Origin: Octopus bimaculoides
Lineage: Eukaryota
Assembly (NCBI RefSeq): GCF_001194135.2
Contig: NC_068985.1
Location: 55,381,958-55,419,531, forward strand
Direction of reading: 5' to 3'
Length of the DNA: 37,574 nucleotides
The position numbers and the translations under genes were made by a program. The notes beneath the pieces were generated by a model. The model saw nothing but the letters and a program-made list of their open reading frames with translations, was not told the DNA's origin and ran no database searches. This document shows, piece by piece, positions 12,309 to 23,749 of this stretch. Within the stretch, counting starts at the first letter, position 1; each line of letters starts with the position of its first letter.

Positions 12309-13558
12309 GAGGGTGGGCTGAAAAGTTCATAGGCTGGCTATGTAAGAGTGATGCTAGAGTTATGAAGTTTTGCATGCATTAATTTCAACTCTTCTTATTA
12401 ATAATTGCATTGTTTCATTCCAGATAAACGGATATTTGACTGTTTAAAGAAGACTTCTGTAGTAAGTAGTAGTGGCTTCTCTTGAAAATAGGTAAAATTT
12501 GGCAGCATTAGTGTTATCAAGTACCTGCTGAAAAAGGATTTATCCCCAGACAACATTCATACTGACATAGTTGCTACATTAAGGGATGACACTCCAGCTT
12601 TATCAACAGTGCAATAATGGTCAGCTGAATTCGGAGGGGAAGGGAGAGTCTTGAAGATGATCCATTGTCTGGATGTCCAGCAACTGCCACCACCAAGAAA
12701 AACATTGATTGTGTTCACCACATGGTGATGGATGACAGGCTATTGACTATAAATTGAACAGCCAATGCTATTGACATATCCTATGAGAGAGTTGAGAATA
12801 TTCTGCACAATGAACTTGGTGGGATGACGGTTTCTGCTTGGTGGGTGCCACATCTTCTGAGACCTGATAAAAAATGCATCAGGCTGATCACATCACAGGA
12901 AAATCTGACATTGTTGGAGGCAGATCCAGCTGGTTTCCTTGAATGTTTCCTGAGCCAGGATGTGTGCTGGATTCATCACTTGGAGCTAGACCTGAAAAGG
13001 AGATCCATGTAGTGGAAATGCCCCTCCTCACCTACTCCAAATAAGGTCAAGGTTGTTCCTTCTGCAGAGAAGATGATGGCCTTAGTTTTTTGGAATGTAA
13101 GAGGCATTGTGTTTATTGGATATTTTAAGAGAGCTATGCCATCAATGGAGAGTATGATGCCAATTTGCTGAGGCAGTTACCAAAGGCTATCAAGACTAAA
13201 TGTGCAAGAAATCTGATGAAGGGGCCTTGCTACATCAGGACAATGCTCCAGTATACAATGTCCTTCATTTCAATGGCTGCTGTGCATGACTCACACTTTG
13301 AACAGGTTGATCACCCTCCCTATTCTCCTAATTTGGCTCCATCTGACTATCAGCTGTTCACCAAGATGAAAAACCATTTGCTGCAAACCAGCACCACAGT
13401 GATGATGACATCATATCTGCTGTTGATGACTTTTCTGACCAACTGGATGAAAGCTTCATCACCAATGGGATCCAAGCCCTGCAACACTGATGGAAGAAGT
13501 GTGGGACTATGTTGAAAAATAAACCTCATTTGGTCACATTCTTTTCAGCTGGCCCACA
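12309..13558 (+). mobile_element. Near full-length dead mariner (DD34D-type); transposase pseudogene ~12488-13522
   Basis: Left end GAGGGTGGGCTGAAAAGTTC; motifs WWVPHLL, HQDNAP, HPPYSPNLAPSDYQLF, GDYVEK*; several stops and frameshifts; right end partly deleted. Confidence 0.92.
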
Positions 13559-13823
13559 TATATTTATTTATATAGATACATACATATATACACATACATA
13601 CATACATATATATATATATATAAATTCATTTAAATTCATATAAACAGTAGATTGCAATGTTTCACCAAAAGAAGAATAGTAATTGTCACTAAATGTGACT
13701 AGGGTGTTAAAAACCACCTAGAAATAAGAGCTTAAATGCTTTAATGCTGTAGTTAATGCACATGAATGGAAACACATACACTAATAGGAACCATAATTGT
13801 CTGAAAAATGTTGACTGAGAATT

Positions 13824-13872
13824 CTTAAGACTGTCGTCAGTTTTGACAATTTTGGTTGCCTTATCAGTTAAG
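13824..13872 (-). ncRNA. Degenerate type I hammerhead ribozyme motif (core mutated)
   Basis: - strand reads CTTAA CTGATAA GGCAA-ccaaaa-TTGTC AAAA CTG-acga-CAG TC TTAAG: perfect 5-bp stem I, stems II and III, GUC; two core G-to-A changes predict inactivity. Confidence 0.6.
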
Positions 13873-14179
13873 CCTGCTTGGTTTTCGGCTTTGCCCAGAC
13901 CTGTTTCTCTATTAATATTTATGTTTTTGTCATCCAAATTAATGGATGATTTAGTGATTCACTAATGTGTATACACAAAATTAATATAAACAGCAGGTTG
14001 CAATGTTTCACCAAAAAGGAGAATTATAATTGTCACTAAATGTGACTAGGGTGTTAAAAAAACATCTATATTGTTAGAAATAAGAGCTAAGATGCTCTAA
14101 TGTTGTAGTTAATGCACATGAATGAAAACATATACACGAACAGGGACCATAGTTGTCTGAAAAATGCTGACCGAGAATT

Positions 14180-14228
14180 CTTTAGACTGATGTCAGTTTC
14201 AGCAATTTTCGTTGCCTCATCAGCTAAC
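14180..14228 (-). ncRNA. Minimal type I hammerhead ribozyme motif with intact catalytic core
   Basis: - strand reads gttag CTGATGA GGCAA-cgaaaa-TTGCT GAAA CTG-acat-CAG TC taaag: CUGAUGA box, 5-bp stem II, GAAA box, short stem III, GUC triplet (predicted cleavage between 14185 and 14184). Stem I is imperfect in this copy. Confidence 0.75.
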
Positions 14229-14459
14229 TACAGCAATAGAGCATTTTAGGTCTAATATAAGAATATTAGGTTGTGAGTTCAATTCCTAGTAACACATTGT
14301 GTCCTTGACTAAGGCATTTTATTTCACATTGCTCCTGTCCACTCAGCTGGCAAAAATGAGTAGTATCTGTATTTCAAAGGACCAGCCTTGTCACCTTTTC
14401 TGTGTCACGCTGAACCTTCTTGAAAACTATATTAAGGGCACACGTATCTATACATATAT

Positions 14460-14497
<38 letters not shown>

Positions 14498-14589
14498 TGT
14501 TAATTGTTTTAGTTTGTATATCTTCATTTGTCTTGCTCATTTTTACATTCTGGCATTTGCTGAAATTTTTCTTGAGAATACACTCTTCA

Positions 14590-14975
14590 TGGTAAGGTGA
14601 TTTTACATCTGTTTTTAGCATATTAGGAATCCACTTTCCAAATGCAATGCTTCCCTTCTCTATTTGATAGTATGTCTCTGCATTAAGACTACCATCTCTT
14701 GACAGTGTGCTTCCAAGGTAAACAAAGGTGTCAATGACTTCTAACCTTGTTCTATTCACAAAAATATTTGGTTCAGAATATGTTTGTCATGACACAGGTG
14801 TAAACATTACTTTGGTTTTCCCGAGCCTAATTGTGAGTCCAAAATGTACACATGCAGTGGAAAATCTGTCCATTAAATGTTGCATGTCCCCTTCTGAGTG
14901 TGCCAACAAATCAGTATCATCAGCATAAAGTAATTCTCTAACAAATATTTTGAAAATCTTTACTTTGCAGTTAAT
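14590..14975 (-). mobile_element. RTE LINE reverse transcriptase fragment
   Basis: VRELLYADDTDLLAHSEGDMQHLMDRFSTACVHFGLTIRLGKTKVM contains the YADD motif; frameshifted continuation LEVIDTFVYLGSTLS. Confidence 0.9.
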
Positions 14976-15117
14976 GTTTGGCTTTAGAAGCTTTTCATGA
15001 GTGGACCTCTTTGTTGCTAAAAGCTCATTTATCACTGTATTATTGGAATAAAAACAGTGTTGGTGCTGTCTTCTATTAAAACCTAACATCTCTGATCCTG
15101 AAAAGATTGCCATGAAC

Positions 15118-15145
15118 CTTCAAAATGAACATTGCTGCATCTCTC
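15118..15145 (-). CDS. Candidate 28-nt micro-exon (R-RDAAMFILK)
   Basis: TTATTTCAG| acceptor; weak AAG|GTTCAT donor; phase 2 to 0 links 17322-17334 to 9692-9754. Confidence 0.3.
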
Positions 15146-15234
15146 CTGAAATAACTGCAAAACTTGTAGTTGTTTTAACTGCTCTACATCAATTCTCATA
15201 TATATATATCATACATACATAATGTTCAGGGGCA

Positions 15235-16470
15235 ATAAACACTGAAAATGTGCAGAAAACAGCTTCTGTCACATGCCAGGGGGAAAAACTAGAAGTAGTT
15301 GATAGCTTCCACTACCTAGGTGACCAAGTCAGTAGCGGGGTGGATGCTCTGAGAGTGTAGCTACTAGAATAAGAATAGCCTGGGCAAAGTTTAGAGAGCT
15401 CCTACCTCTGCTAGTGACAAAGGGCCTCTCGCTCAGAGTAAAAGGTAGACTGAATGATGCATGTGTGCAAACAGCCATGCTAAATGACAGTGAAACATGG
15501 GCTGTGACTGCTGAGGATATGCGTAAGCTTACAAGAAATGAAGCTAGTATGCTCCGCTGGATGTGTAATGTCAGTGTGCATACACGACAGAGTGTAAGCA
15601 CCCTGAGAGAAAAGTTGGATTTAAGAAGCATCAGATGTGATGTGCAAGAGAGACGACTGTGCTGGTATAGTCATGTGTTGCAAATGGATGAGGACAACTG
15701 TGTCACACCTTAGCAGTAGAGGGAACTTGTGGAAGAGGTAGACCCAGGAAAATCTGGGATGAGGTGGTGAAGCACAACCTTTGAATGTTGGGCCTCACGG
15801 AAGTGATGACGAGTGACGGAGACCTTTGGAGATATGCTGTGCTTAAGAAGACCCGGTAAGCCAAATGTGACCATAACCATGGCCTATGCCAGTGCAGCAT
15901 AACCAGCTCATTTAAGAGTACCCTTCAATCATTGGGCAATAAACTGTGCTTGCGAAAACCTGTTGAGTCAAGTGAAATCATTGCCGTGGTCGATGCCAGT
16001 ACTGCCTGACTGGCACCCGTGCTGGTGGCATGTAAAAAGCACAATTTGAGCATGGTCGATACCAGAGCTGCCTGAATTGTCCCATGCCGGTGGCATGTAA
16101 AAAGAACCATTTGAGCATGGTTGAAGCCAGTGCCGCTGGACTGGCTCCTGTGTTGTTGGCACATAAAAAGTACCATTCGAGTGTGGTCGAATGTGACTGC
16201 CTGACTGGCTCCTATGCTGGTGGCACATAAAAAGCACCATTCAAGTGTTGTCAATGCTCAGTACTACCTAACTGGCTCTCGTGCCGGTGGTGCATAAAAT
16301 GCACCCACCATACTCTCAGAGTGTTTGGTGTTAGGAAGGGCATCCAGCTGTAGAAAACTTGCCAGATCAGATTGGAGCCCAGTACAGCCTTCTGGCTTGG
16401 CAGTTCTCAGTCAAACTGTCCAACCCATGCCAGCATGGAAAGCAGATGTTAAATGACGATGATGATGATG
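15235..16470 (+). mobile_element. 5'-truncated RTE LINE with tandem-repeat 3' UTR and (GAT)n tail
   Basis: LEVVDSFHYLGDQV, RVKGRLNDACVQTAMLNDSETWAV, MLRWMC, GRGRPRKIWDEVV motifs; five ~65-bp units; ends GTTAAATGACGATGATGATG. Confidence 0.9.
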
Positions 16471-16684
16471 ATACATACATACATACATTCATATATGTAT
16501 ATTAAATAAATACTACACAGAAAGCAACTGTACATATAAATAGATAGAGCAGAGAAGTTGGTTTTTATTGATTAAACTTGGAGAGGCTACCAGGATTAAA
16601 GATTGATTAAATGGTTCCTACTGGTTGTGTGACATAATTGGATTTTGTGTGGGAGGTAGTCATATTATAGATAGGTTCTTTTTA

Positions 16685-17110
16685 AGGGTTAAAACAAATA
16701 TTGAAGGGAAGACTATATGAAGCTTACATGAAATGTCTGATAGTGTATAGCAGAGAAATATGGGTTATGAATGTAGAAGATGTACAGCAGAAAGAAAGGA
16801 ATGAAAAGGCAGAAAAGGCGGCGAGCTGGCAGAAACATTACCCCGAAATGCTTAGCAGTATTTCGTCTGCCGGTACATTCTGAGTTCAAATTCTGCCGAG
16901 GTCGACTTTGCCTATCATCCTTCCGGGGTCAATAAATTAAGTACCAGTTACGCATCGGGTGTCGATGTAATCGACTTAATCCCTTTGTCTGTTCTTGTTT
17001 GTCCCCTCTATGTTAAGCCCCTTGTTGGCAATAAAGAAATAAGAAAGAAAGGAATGACTCCTGTACTGTGCATTGTTAATTTACATGAAAGATTAAATAC
17101 TACTGATTTG
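16685..17110 (+). mobile_element. Old RTE fragment interrupted by a SINE (16805-17041) with a 16-bp target-site duplication
   Basis: KGRLYEAYMKCLIVYSREIWVMNVEDVQ before the SINE; AGAAAGAAAGGAATGA at 16789-16804 and 17042-17057. Confidence 0.8.
16805..17041 (+). mobile_element. tRNA-derived SINE family B; other copies ~2555-2712, 5428-5600, 17428-17640, 30915-31130, 32765-32970, 32975-33150 (+) and 35895-36000 (-)
   Basis: GAGTTCAAATTC B-box then GTCGACTTTGCC..TCATCCTT..GGGGTC.ATAAA..AAGTACCAG; this core resembles the Meta/MESC SINE domain as I recall it (assignment unverified). Confidence 0.85.
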
Positions 17111-17321
17111 AAGTGATTAATAAGATGTAATTAATGGATGTTGATGACTACAAGAATGAGAAAATACATCTAGGGATGTCTGGTTTAACACTGCTATGAG
17201 GTATCCTGTGTGCCTTTAACAAGCCAGTCTGTTGTATTTGGGTTAGGCTTCCAGTTTGCACATTCCTTCTGCTCTCCCTTCCAAGAGTATTGGAGATTCC
17301 AGAAATGGTCATGGGCACTAC

Positions 17322-17334
17322 CTACTCCCTGGAC
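17322..17334 (-). CDS. Candidate 13-nt micro-exon (V-QGS-R)
   Basis: Strong acceptor TTTTTTATCTTTTAG|; AG|GTAGTG donor; phase 1 to 2. Confidence 0.3.
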
Positions 17335-18033
17335 TAAAAGATAAAAAATATATATTGGATGTTGATAGAGGAAAATTTGGGTTGTAGGGAAATGTCTATG
17401 GGTAGCAGTTAATATTGTGTTATAAAAAGGTGGTTAGCTGGCAGAATCATTAGCACACTGGGCAAAATGCTTAGCAACATTTCATCTGTCTTCATGTTCT
17501 GAGTTCAAATTCTGCTGAGGTCAACTTTGCTTTTCATCCTTTCGGAGTCAATAAAGTAAGTACCAGTTGAACACTGGGGTCAATGTAATCAATTTAACCC
17601 TTCCCCCGAAATTGCTAGCCTTCTGCCAAAATTTGAAAATGATATTGGGTTATAAGGTTGACATTTGTGCTATAGTGTAAATATTTGAGATACAGGGTGA
17701 GCATTTGGGTTAAAAAGGGTACTTTGAGTTTGAGGGAGAACATCTGGGTTATCTGGAGAACATTTGGGCTATGGGATCAATAGTTAAGCAAAAATGGCTA
17801 ATATCTAAGTTATAGGGTTCATACATTAATTATAAGACAGCATTTAGGGTATAAGATTGAGAAATATAACGAAGATACCACATTACAGATCTATATTACT
17901 GCATGGAAAAAAAAAAAAAACTAAACTGGCATTGTTAATGAAGATGAAGTTGTTTTGCTGTTGTTGTTGATGATGAGGATGAGCAGGGTGAGGAGTGGAG
18001 GTTGATGTAGTTAGGTGTCAAAATCTCACTCAC

Positions 18034-18099
18034 CCTTGGAAAATGTTCTCCACACTAAGTTGTCTCTCCACATGAAGACGTCATTGTCAACACAATATG
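18034..18099 (-). CDS. Candidate internal exon (x-YCVDNDVFMWRDNLVWRTFSK)
   Basis: CAACAG| acceptor; consensus AAGG|GTGAGT donor; 66 nt; only phase 1 is open; protein-like composition within otherwise repetitive DNA. Confidence 0.6.
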
Positions 18100-18404
18100 C
18101 TGTTGCGTAATTATTAACAGACAAGGCTATCTTTAGAAATCACCTCTCACAAGGCGATGTTGGGGAAGAGTCACCTATGTGGTTCCTTGATTTGCCAGGA
18201 TTAGCAGCTAAATCTCTCTAAACACAATGTTTTATCATCTTAAAAAAGGGACATGCTGGCTTATGTGGTCCTGGATCTCTGTGCATAAGAAAACAACAAG
18301 ATGGTCATGGCTGGATTGCTTTTGATCATAGGCCAACTGGATTACAGTTGACCTGTGGAGGGTGTATGTGTCAAATGATGATATCACCATCAACAACATC
18401 CTAC

Positions 18405-18550
18405 ACAACTATTACTACTACAGCACCACCATCACTGCCGCCACCACCACCACTAACACCGCCACCACAACAACAGCTGCTGCTGCTGCTAATACTACTA
18501 CTACTACTACTACTACCACCACTACCACCACCACTACCACCACTACCACC

Positions 18551-18609
<59 letters not shown>

Positions 18610-18610
18610 A
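18405..18610. repeat. Compound trinucleotide microsatellite (CAC/CTA/CAG); similar mosaics at ~19280-19360, 25950-26125 and 30108-30420
   Basis: Visible directly; source of the poly-T, poly-V and poly-L pseudo-ORFs. Confidence 0.95.
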
Positions 18611-18745
18611 TCTTCACTGGTTAGTTTACATTTTTGATTAGAAGTACAGTACTCAGGTGGGTTAGAACTCAAATAAAGTTGTCATCAATGTTATGTCACA
18701 CAACCACAGAACCACCATAAAACTGTTCTGCATTGATTAGATATT

Positions 18746-19117
18746 GTGGAGGCGCAATGGCCCAGTGGTTAGGGCAGCGAACTCGCAGTCATAGGATCGC
18801 GGTTTCGATTCCCAGACCGGGTGTTTATTGAGCTAAAACACGTAAAGCTCCACGAGGCTCCGGCAGGGGATGGTGGCGAACCCTGCTGCATTCTTTCACC
18901 ACAACTTTCTCTCACTCTTACTTCCTGTTTCTGTTGTACCTGTATTTCAAAGGGTCAGCTTTGTCACACTGTGTCACGCTGAATATCCCCGAGAACTATG
19001 TTAAGGGTACACGTGTCTGTGGAGTGCTCAGCCACTTGCACGTTAATTTCACGAGCAGGCTGTTCCGTTGATCAGATCAACTGGAACCCTCGACGTCTTA
19101 AGCGACGGAGTGCCAAC
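18746..19117 (+). mobile_element. Near full-length tRNA-derived SINE (family A); partial copies at 972-1104(-), ~4700-4950(+), 6384-6550(+), 14262-14450(+), 37508-37574(-)
   Basis: A-box TGGCCCAGTGGTTAGG and B-box GGTTTCGATTCCC; shared body GCCTTGTCACACT...GTCACGCTGAA and tail GACGGAGTGCC. Confidence 0.88.
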
Positions 19118-19457
19118 TGATTAGATATCAATATTTATTGACAATTGTAACAACAATAATGGCAATAACGGTCATAGAATCAGTATATGTTCCACCCCCA
19201 TCACCTCTGTCACATGTATCAGCCACAAGAACTGCATCAGCAGCAGCACTGTATGCTCCGCCTGGTACATATATTGACAACAACAAGAGCAGCAGCAGCA
19301 ACAAGAGCAGCAGCAGCAACAACAGCAGTAGTAGGTACAACAGAAGCAGCAACAGTAGTTATTTGTCATTCTCATTATAAACACCCAATCTTCATACTTC
19401 ACTGCCAGAGAAACACCACCACCATCAAAACTATCACCACCACTGCCAAGTCCAGAT

Positions 19458-19512
19458 ATGATGAAACTTTGTGCTGTAGTGATGTTCATCACTTTCCTGC
19501 TCCACCGGGAAG
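19458..19512 (+). CDS. Exon 1 of candidate secreted CTLD-like/PAN-like protein (signal peptide MMKLCAVVMFITFLLHRE-G)
   Basis: First ATG after an in-frame upstream TAG; Lys then hydrophobic core; consensus donor GAAG|GTAAGT at 19513; ends phase 1, matching the phase-1 start of the exon at 26214. Confidence 0.7.
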
Positions 19513-20214
19513 GTAAGTCATAAACTAGCTGTCATCTTGATTACATCCACCCACAATCACATGCACACACAAACACAAATATACACACATAGTTATATTT
19601 AGAAGGTATCCAACAATTGTAGAAATATTTCAAAACCATAATATAGGCACATATGGATATATCATCATCATCATCATTGTCATTGTTTTCACGTTTGTCT
19701 TTCGATGGTCAGACAGAATTTTGTCAATCAGACAAAGAAACAATAACACACACACACACACACATCTATCTATCTATCTATCTATCTATAGATAGATAGA
19801 TATACAGATAACAAGCTTCTTTCAGTTTCTCTCTACCAAATCGACTTACAAGGTTTGGTGAGCCTAAGGCTATAGCAGAAGACATCTGCCCAAAGGGTCA
19901 CATAGTGGAATTGTACCCAGAACCATGTGGTTGGAAGGCAAACTTCTAACCACACAGCCACACCTGTGTTTATACACTCAGACACACACACACACACAAA
20001 CACACACACACGTATGTATGTGTGTGTGTATCATCATCATGATCATCATCATTTAACGTCCGCTTTCCATGCTGGCATGGGTTGGACGGTTTGATTGAAA
20101 ACTAGTAAGCCAGGGAGCTGCACCAGGTTCCAATCTGATTTGACAAGGTCTCTATGGCTGGATGCCCTTCCTAACATCAACAACTCCAAGAGTGTAGTGG
20201 GTGTTCCTCATGCC

Positions 20215-21141
20215 ATTCAGTAACAGCTGTGTGAATTGGTGCATTATCACTCTGAAAGGTTGCGTTTCTCTCCAGAAACAGTTTCGCAACCATAGAATGA
20301 ATTTGATCAGATAAAATGCTTAAATAGTTTTGACTATCAATTCTGCCAAGATTTAGACCCTCCCCCCCGCCAGATCATCACAGATCCTCCTCTATGTTTA
20401 ACAGTTGGAAGAAGGCAGTCTGGGTCAAATGCTTCTTTTAGCTGTCTCCACATGTACACCCAACCGGTGGTCAGAAATAAGGTAAAGGGCGACTCGTCTG
20501 AGAAAATAACATTCTTCCACTGCTCTAGAAACCAATTTTGTAGGTTTTTACTTTACTCTAAATGCTTTGCAACGTTTGTTTTTGAAAGTAGTGGTTTTCT
20601 GATTGCAGCCCTCCCATGAAATCCGGTTTTATGCAGCTCCTGGTGAACAGTTTTTGTGGAAACTGGGTTCTCGAGGTGGTCATTAAGCTCTGCAGTAATT
20701 TTGGGAACTGTACATTTGTGATCCTTTCTAACAATTCGCGTAAGAGTCCAATGGTCCTTATCTGAAAGTTTTGGTTTTCTTCTTGAGTTTTGTTTTGATG
20801 AGGAGGTTTTTTCCTCTTTATCAAAGACTGTCATTACTTTCGAGACAGTACTTCTTAATACACCAAACATTTCGGCTGTTTTCGTTACACTAGCATCTGC
20901 CATATGAGCACCAACAATTTGACCTCTTTGAAAGTCCGATAAATCTGTCATTTTAATGAATTTTAATTACCTTTTTGTAATGATATCTGAAAAGAAACAG
21001 CAATTTTAGCAAAACATATTAAGCAACACCAATAATAGATTAAAAAAACATTAAAATAAACATGCTTTTCACAGTTTTATAGATATTTTAAAATTATGAT
21101 GCTATGATGATAGGTGTTTCCATTATTTTGTCCAACCCCTG
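20215..21141 (-). mobile_element. Truncated Tc1-like (DD34E) transposon
   Basis: TA|CAGGGGTTGGACAAAATAATGGAAACAC left end at 21141; ORF 20951-20553 MTDLSDFQRGQIVGAHMADASVTKTA... continues with VIFSDES, TVKHRGGSVMIW and FQSDNAPIH. Confidence 0.9.
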
Positions 21142-21369
21142 TATACACAAGAGTGTATGCAAAACTGTTCTACTTTTGTTTTTCATTCCCATTTCTACAA
21201 CAATAAAGATACAGCTAACCATTTTATCTGCGGAGTGTATATTTGTAAATATGATTTTATGTATGTTCCAAACACACACATGTATATGTGTGTGTGTGTA
21301 TATGTATGTATTTGGATGCCTGGGTGCAAGCACACACACACACACACACATGCAGAGCAATATACTATA

Positions 21370-21600
21370 TTTTTTTATTCTTTCACTCGTTTCAGTCATT
21401 TGATTTTCACCATGCTGGAGCACCATCTTAAAGGATTTTTAGTCATAGAAATTGACCTCAGGACTTATTCTTTGTAAACCTGGTATTTATTCTATTGGTT
21501 TTTTTTTTTTTGCTGAACCACTAAGTTACGGGGACGTAAATACACTGACATAGGTTGTCAAACGATGGTGGCAGGGACAAACACAGACAGAAACACACAA
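21370..21600 (-). mobile_element. Short interspersed repeat family D; + copies ~4295-4485 and 35460-35630
   Basis: Shared GGTGCTCC.GCATGG...AATGACTG.AA and GATAGAATAA...CCAG..TTA segments. Confidence 0.6.
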
Positions 21601-21889
21601 ATATATACATACAGTGGCAGACTGGCCAGGTTGCCAGCTTGGCTGATAGCAAGTTGGCCCCTACACCATTAGAATCCATACATGGGGGCCCATGTTAGTA
21701 TCTAAGGGGCCCATCTCCTCAAGTTTGAGAATTTTTTATATATATATATATATTTATGCCGTATTTACATTTAGTGGCTCTCTCATTTATGTGCGTGTGT
21801 GCAAGTATGCACTAATTTTCCTTATATCTTTATTTATGTATTTATTTATTGAATTGCATTTTGGGAAAAGATTTGAAAAATATGAATTA

Positions 21890-22095
21890 TCCATGTGACA
21901 TGTGAGTGTGTATACATATATGTGTATGTATATGTATATATGTGTGTGTGTATATATATGTATATGTATGTGTATATATGTGTGTATATATATATATATA
22001 ATGTTTGTGTATGTGTATGTATATATGTGTGTGTATATGTATGTGTATGTGTATGTGTGTGCATGTATGTATATATATCATCATCATCATCATCA
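21890..22095. repeat. Compound (TA)n/(TG)n microsatellite; similar tracts at ~185-325, 2990-3110, 5810-6210 (GA-rich), 8833-8886 (CTCA), 9800-10310 (CT-rich), 11070-11160
   Basis: Visible directly. Confidence 0.95.
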
Positions 22096-23463
22096 TCGTT
22101 TAACGTCTGCTTTTCATGCTAGCATGGGTTGGACGATTTGACTGATGACTGGCGAACCAGATGGCTACGCCAGGCTCCAGTCTCATTTGGCAGAGTTTCT
22201 ACAGCTGGATGCCCTTCCTAACACCAACCACTCCGAGAGTGTAGTGGGTGCTTACATATATATATATATATATATATGTATATTTGTGTTTATGTATATA
22301 ATATCGAGTGGAAATAGGGAGTGCTGCAGTTCCACAGTGCCTATACATGAGCTGCCACTGGATGGAAGTGTCCTCAAACTGAAGACCTGGTCCAAATGTT
22401 TATAACAGAGTGGACTCTGCTAAAGACACTCACTGTCTCACATGGTAGTGTTTAACTGGACAATGCATTAAGCCTGCAATCCAAAGATTAAGTCATTATT
22501 CAAGTCAATTATGTGAGGATTAAGTAAATCATCCTAGGGTTAAATCACCTGTCTTTCCCACCACCATCTTAATAAATTTAGATACAGTCATTGTTTTTCA
22601 AGTTTATTTGATAAAACAGCAACAAAAAGGACAATTTTAATGACCTCTTTATTTGTTGAACAAATGTCCTTTCCTCTCCGGTTATACAAACAATATGGTG
22701 GAAATAAAATCCATTGTCAAATGTGATAATGCTTTGTTGGTCAACCAAAGAAGAAAATCAAAGACAATGTTAAAAACCAAACCAAACAATACATTGTTTC
22801 TCACTCATCTAATCCAAACCTCTGTATCATCTCACTTATTCTCACCCCGCCCCAAATGTCCCTCTAGGATATGTCCCAATACAGTCACCAACTCTCTCAC
22901 TATCATTTTCTTTGTCTTACTCTCTGACTCATCTGCTCTCTTTATCTTACTAATTCACTTCCCTTTCCTTTCCAACTGGGGTATCATGTATCTACTCTAA
23001 AGCAAGATACTTATCTCTGTCCCTCTATACCTGAAATCTCTCAACTGGCACAAAGCCAACCACCCTCAATACTAATCCTCACTCCTAGTCAAAGGGTCCA
23101 ACCTAAGCCAACATGGAAGAACGGATGTTAAATGATGATGATGATGATGAAACATATGCTTGATAGGTAATCTGTCAATCTATAAGTACTTCCTATCCTA
23201 TTCATATCCTTCTTCAGTACTTTCTATATAAATGACTATAATAATTTAATTGTCTATCTTCTATACTTAGAAGACACTCAATGTCATAAGAGTGAGCTTC
23301 CTTATCACCATATTGGGTTCCTTTATTGTATACTTAGAAGCTGCAGACGTGATTGTATTGCTAAGAAGTTAGCTTCCCAACTACATGGTTTTGGTCTCAT
23401 GGTGTGGCACTTTGGGCAAGTGGATTTTACTATAGATTTGGACCAACGAAAGCCTTGTGATAT

Positions 23464-23502
<39 letters not shown>

Positions 23503-23749
23503 NNNNNNNNNNNNNNNNNNNNNNNNNNNNNNNNNNNNNNNNNNNNNNNNNNNNNNNNNNNNNNNNNNNNNNNNNNNNNNNNNNNNNNNNNNNNNNNNNN
23601 NNNNNNNNNNNNNNNNNNNNNNNNNNNNNNNNNNNNNNNNNNNNNNNNNNNNNNNNNNNNNNNNNNNTCAGTTTTTTGAGATCATTTGTATGAATTTAGA
23701 AAATATGTAGCTCTTCAAAGAAAAATTATATTTGAAAGGAAATTGGCAC

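Larger units (their letters stand above)
13638..14228. repeat. Direct repeat of two ~235-245 bp copies (13638-13872 and 13984-14228) with a ~110 bp spacer; retrozyme or Penelope terminal-repeat-like
   Basis: Collinear alignment by eye, roughly 85% identical with one ~10-nt indel; each copy starts on the - strand with a hammerhead motif. Confidence 0.9.

Noticed and set aside
13707-13937. Hydrophobic 76-aa ORF suggesting duplicated alternative exons in the 13638-14228 repeat
   Set aside because: The equivalent frame has a stop in the second copy; the hammerhead repeat explains the duplication better.
15986-16305. CRISPR-like array of ~65-bp periodic units (also 32050-32365)
   Set aside because: The whole unit repeats with no unique spacers, there are no cas genes, and it is the 3' UTR of a eukaryotic RTE LINE.
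18348-18672. Poly-Thr, poly-Val and poly-Leu ORFs (also 19128-19516, 21846-22141, 30205-30486, 183-473)
   Set aside because: Translations of microsatellites that are open in several frames; the ORF at 19187-19516 overlaps true exon 1 in a different frame.
18746-18825. tRNA gene
   Set aside because: A and B boxes are present but continue into a SINE body found in several copies; no complete cloverleaf.
22142-22165. Other CTGATGA motifs (22142 +, 34765 +, ~5068 -)
   Set aside because: Some have a stem-II-like hairpin but none has the GAAA box, stem III and NUH site; the 22142 and 5068 cases are RTE-tail sequence.
22549-22567. 19-nt exon (MVVGKT) and a 13-nt exon near 28965-28977 as links between the two - strand chains
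   Set aside because: Phases can be made to fit, but the splice sites are weak and several alternatives fit equally, so choosing one would be overfitting.
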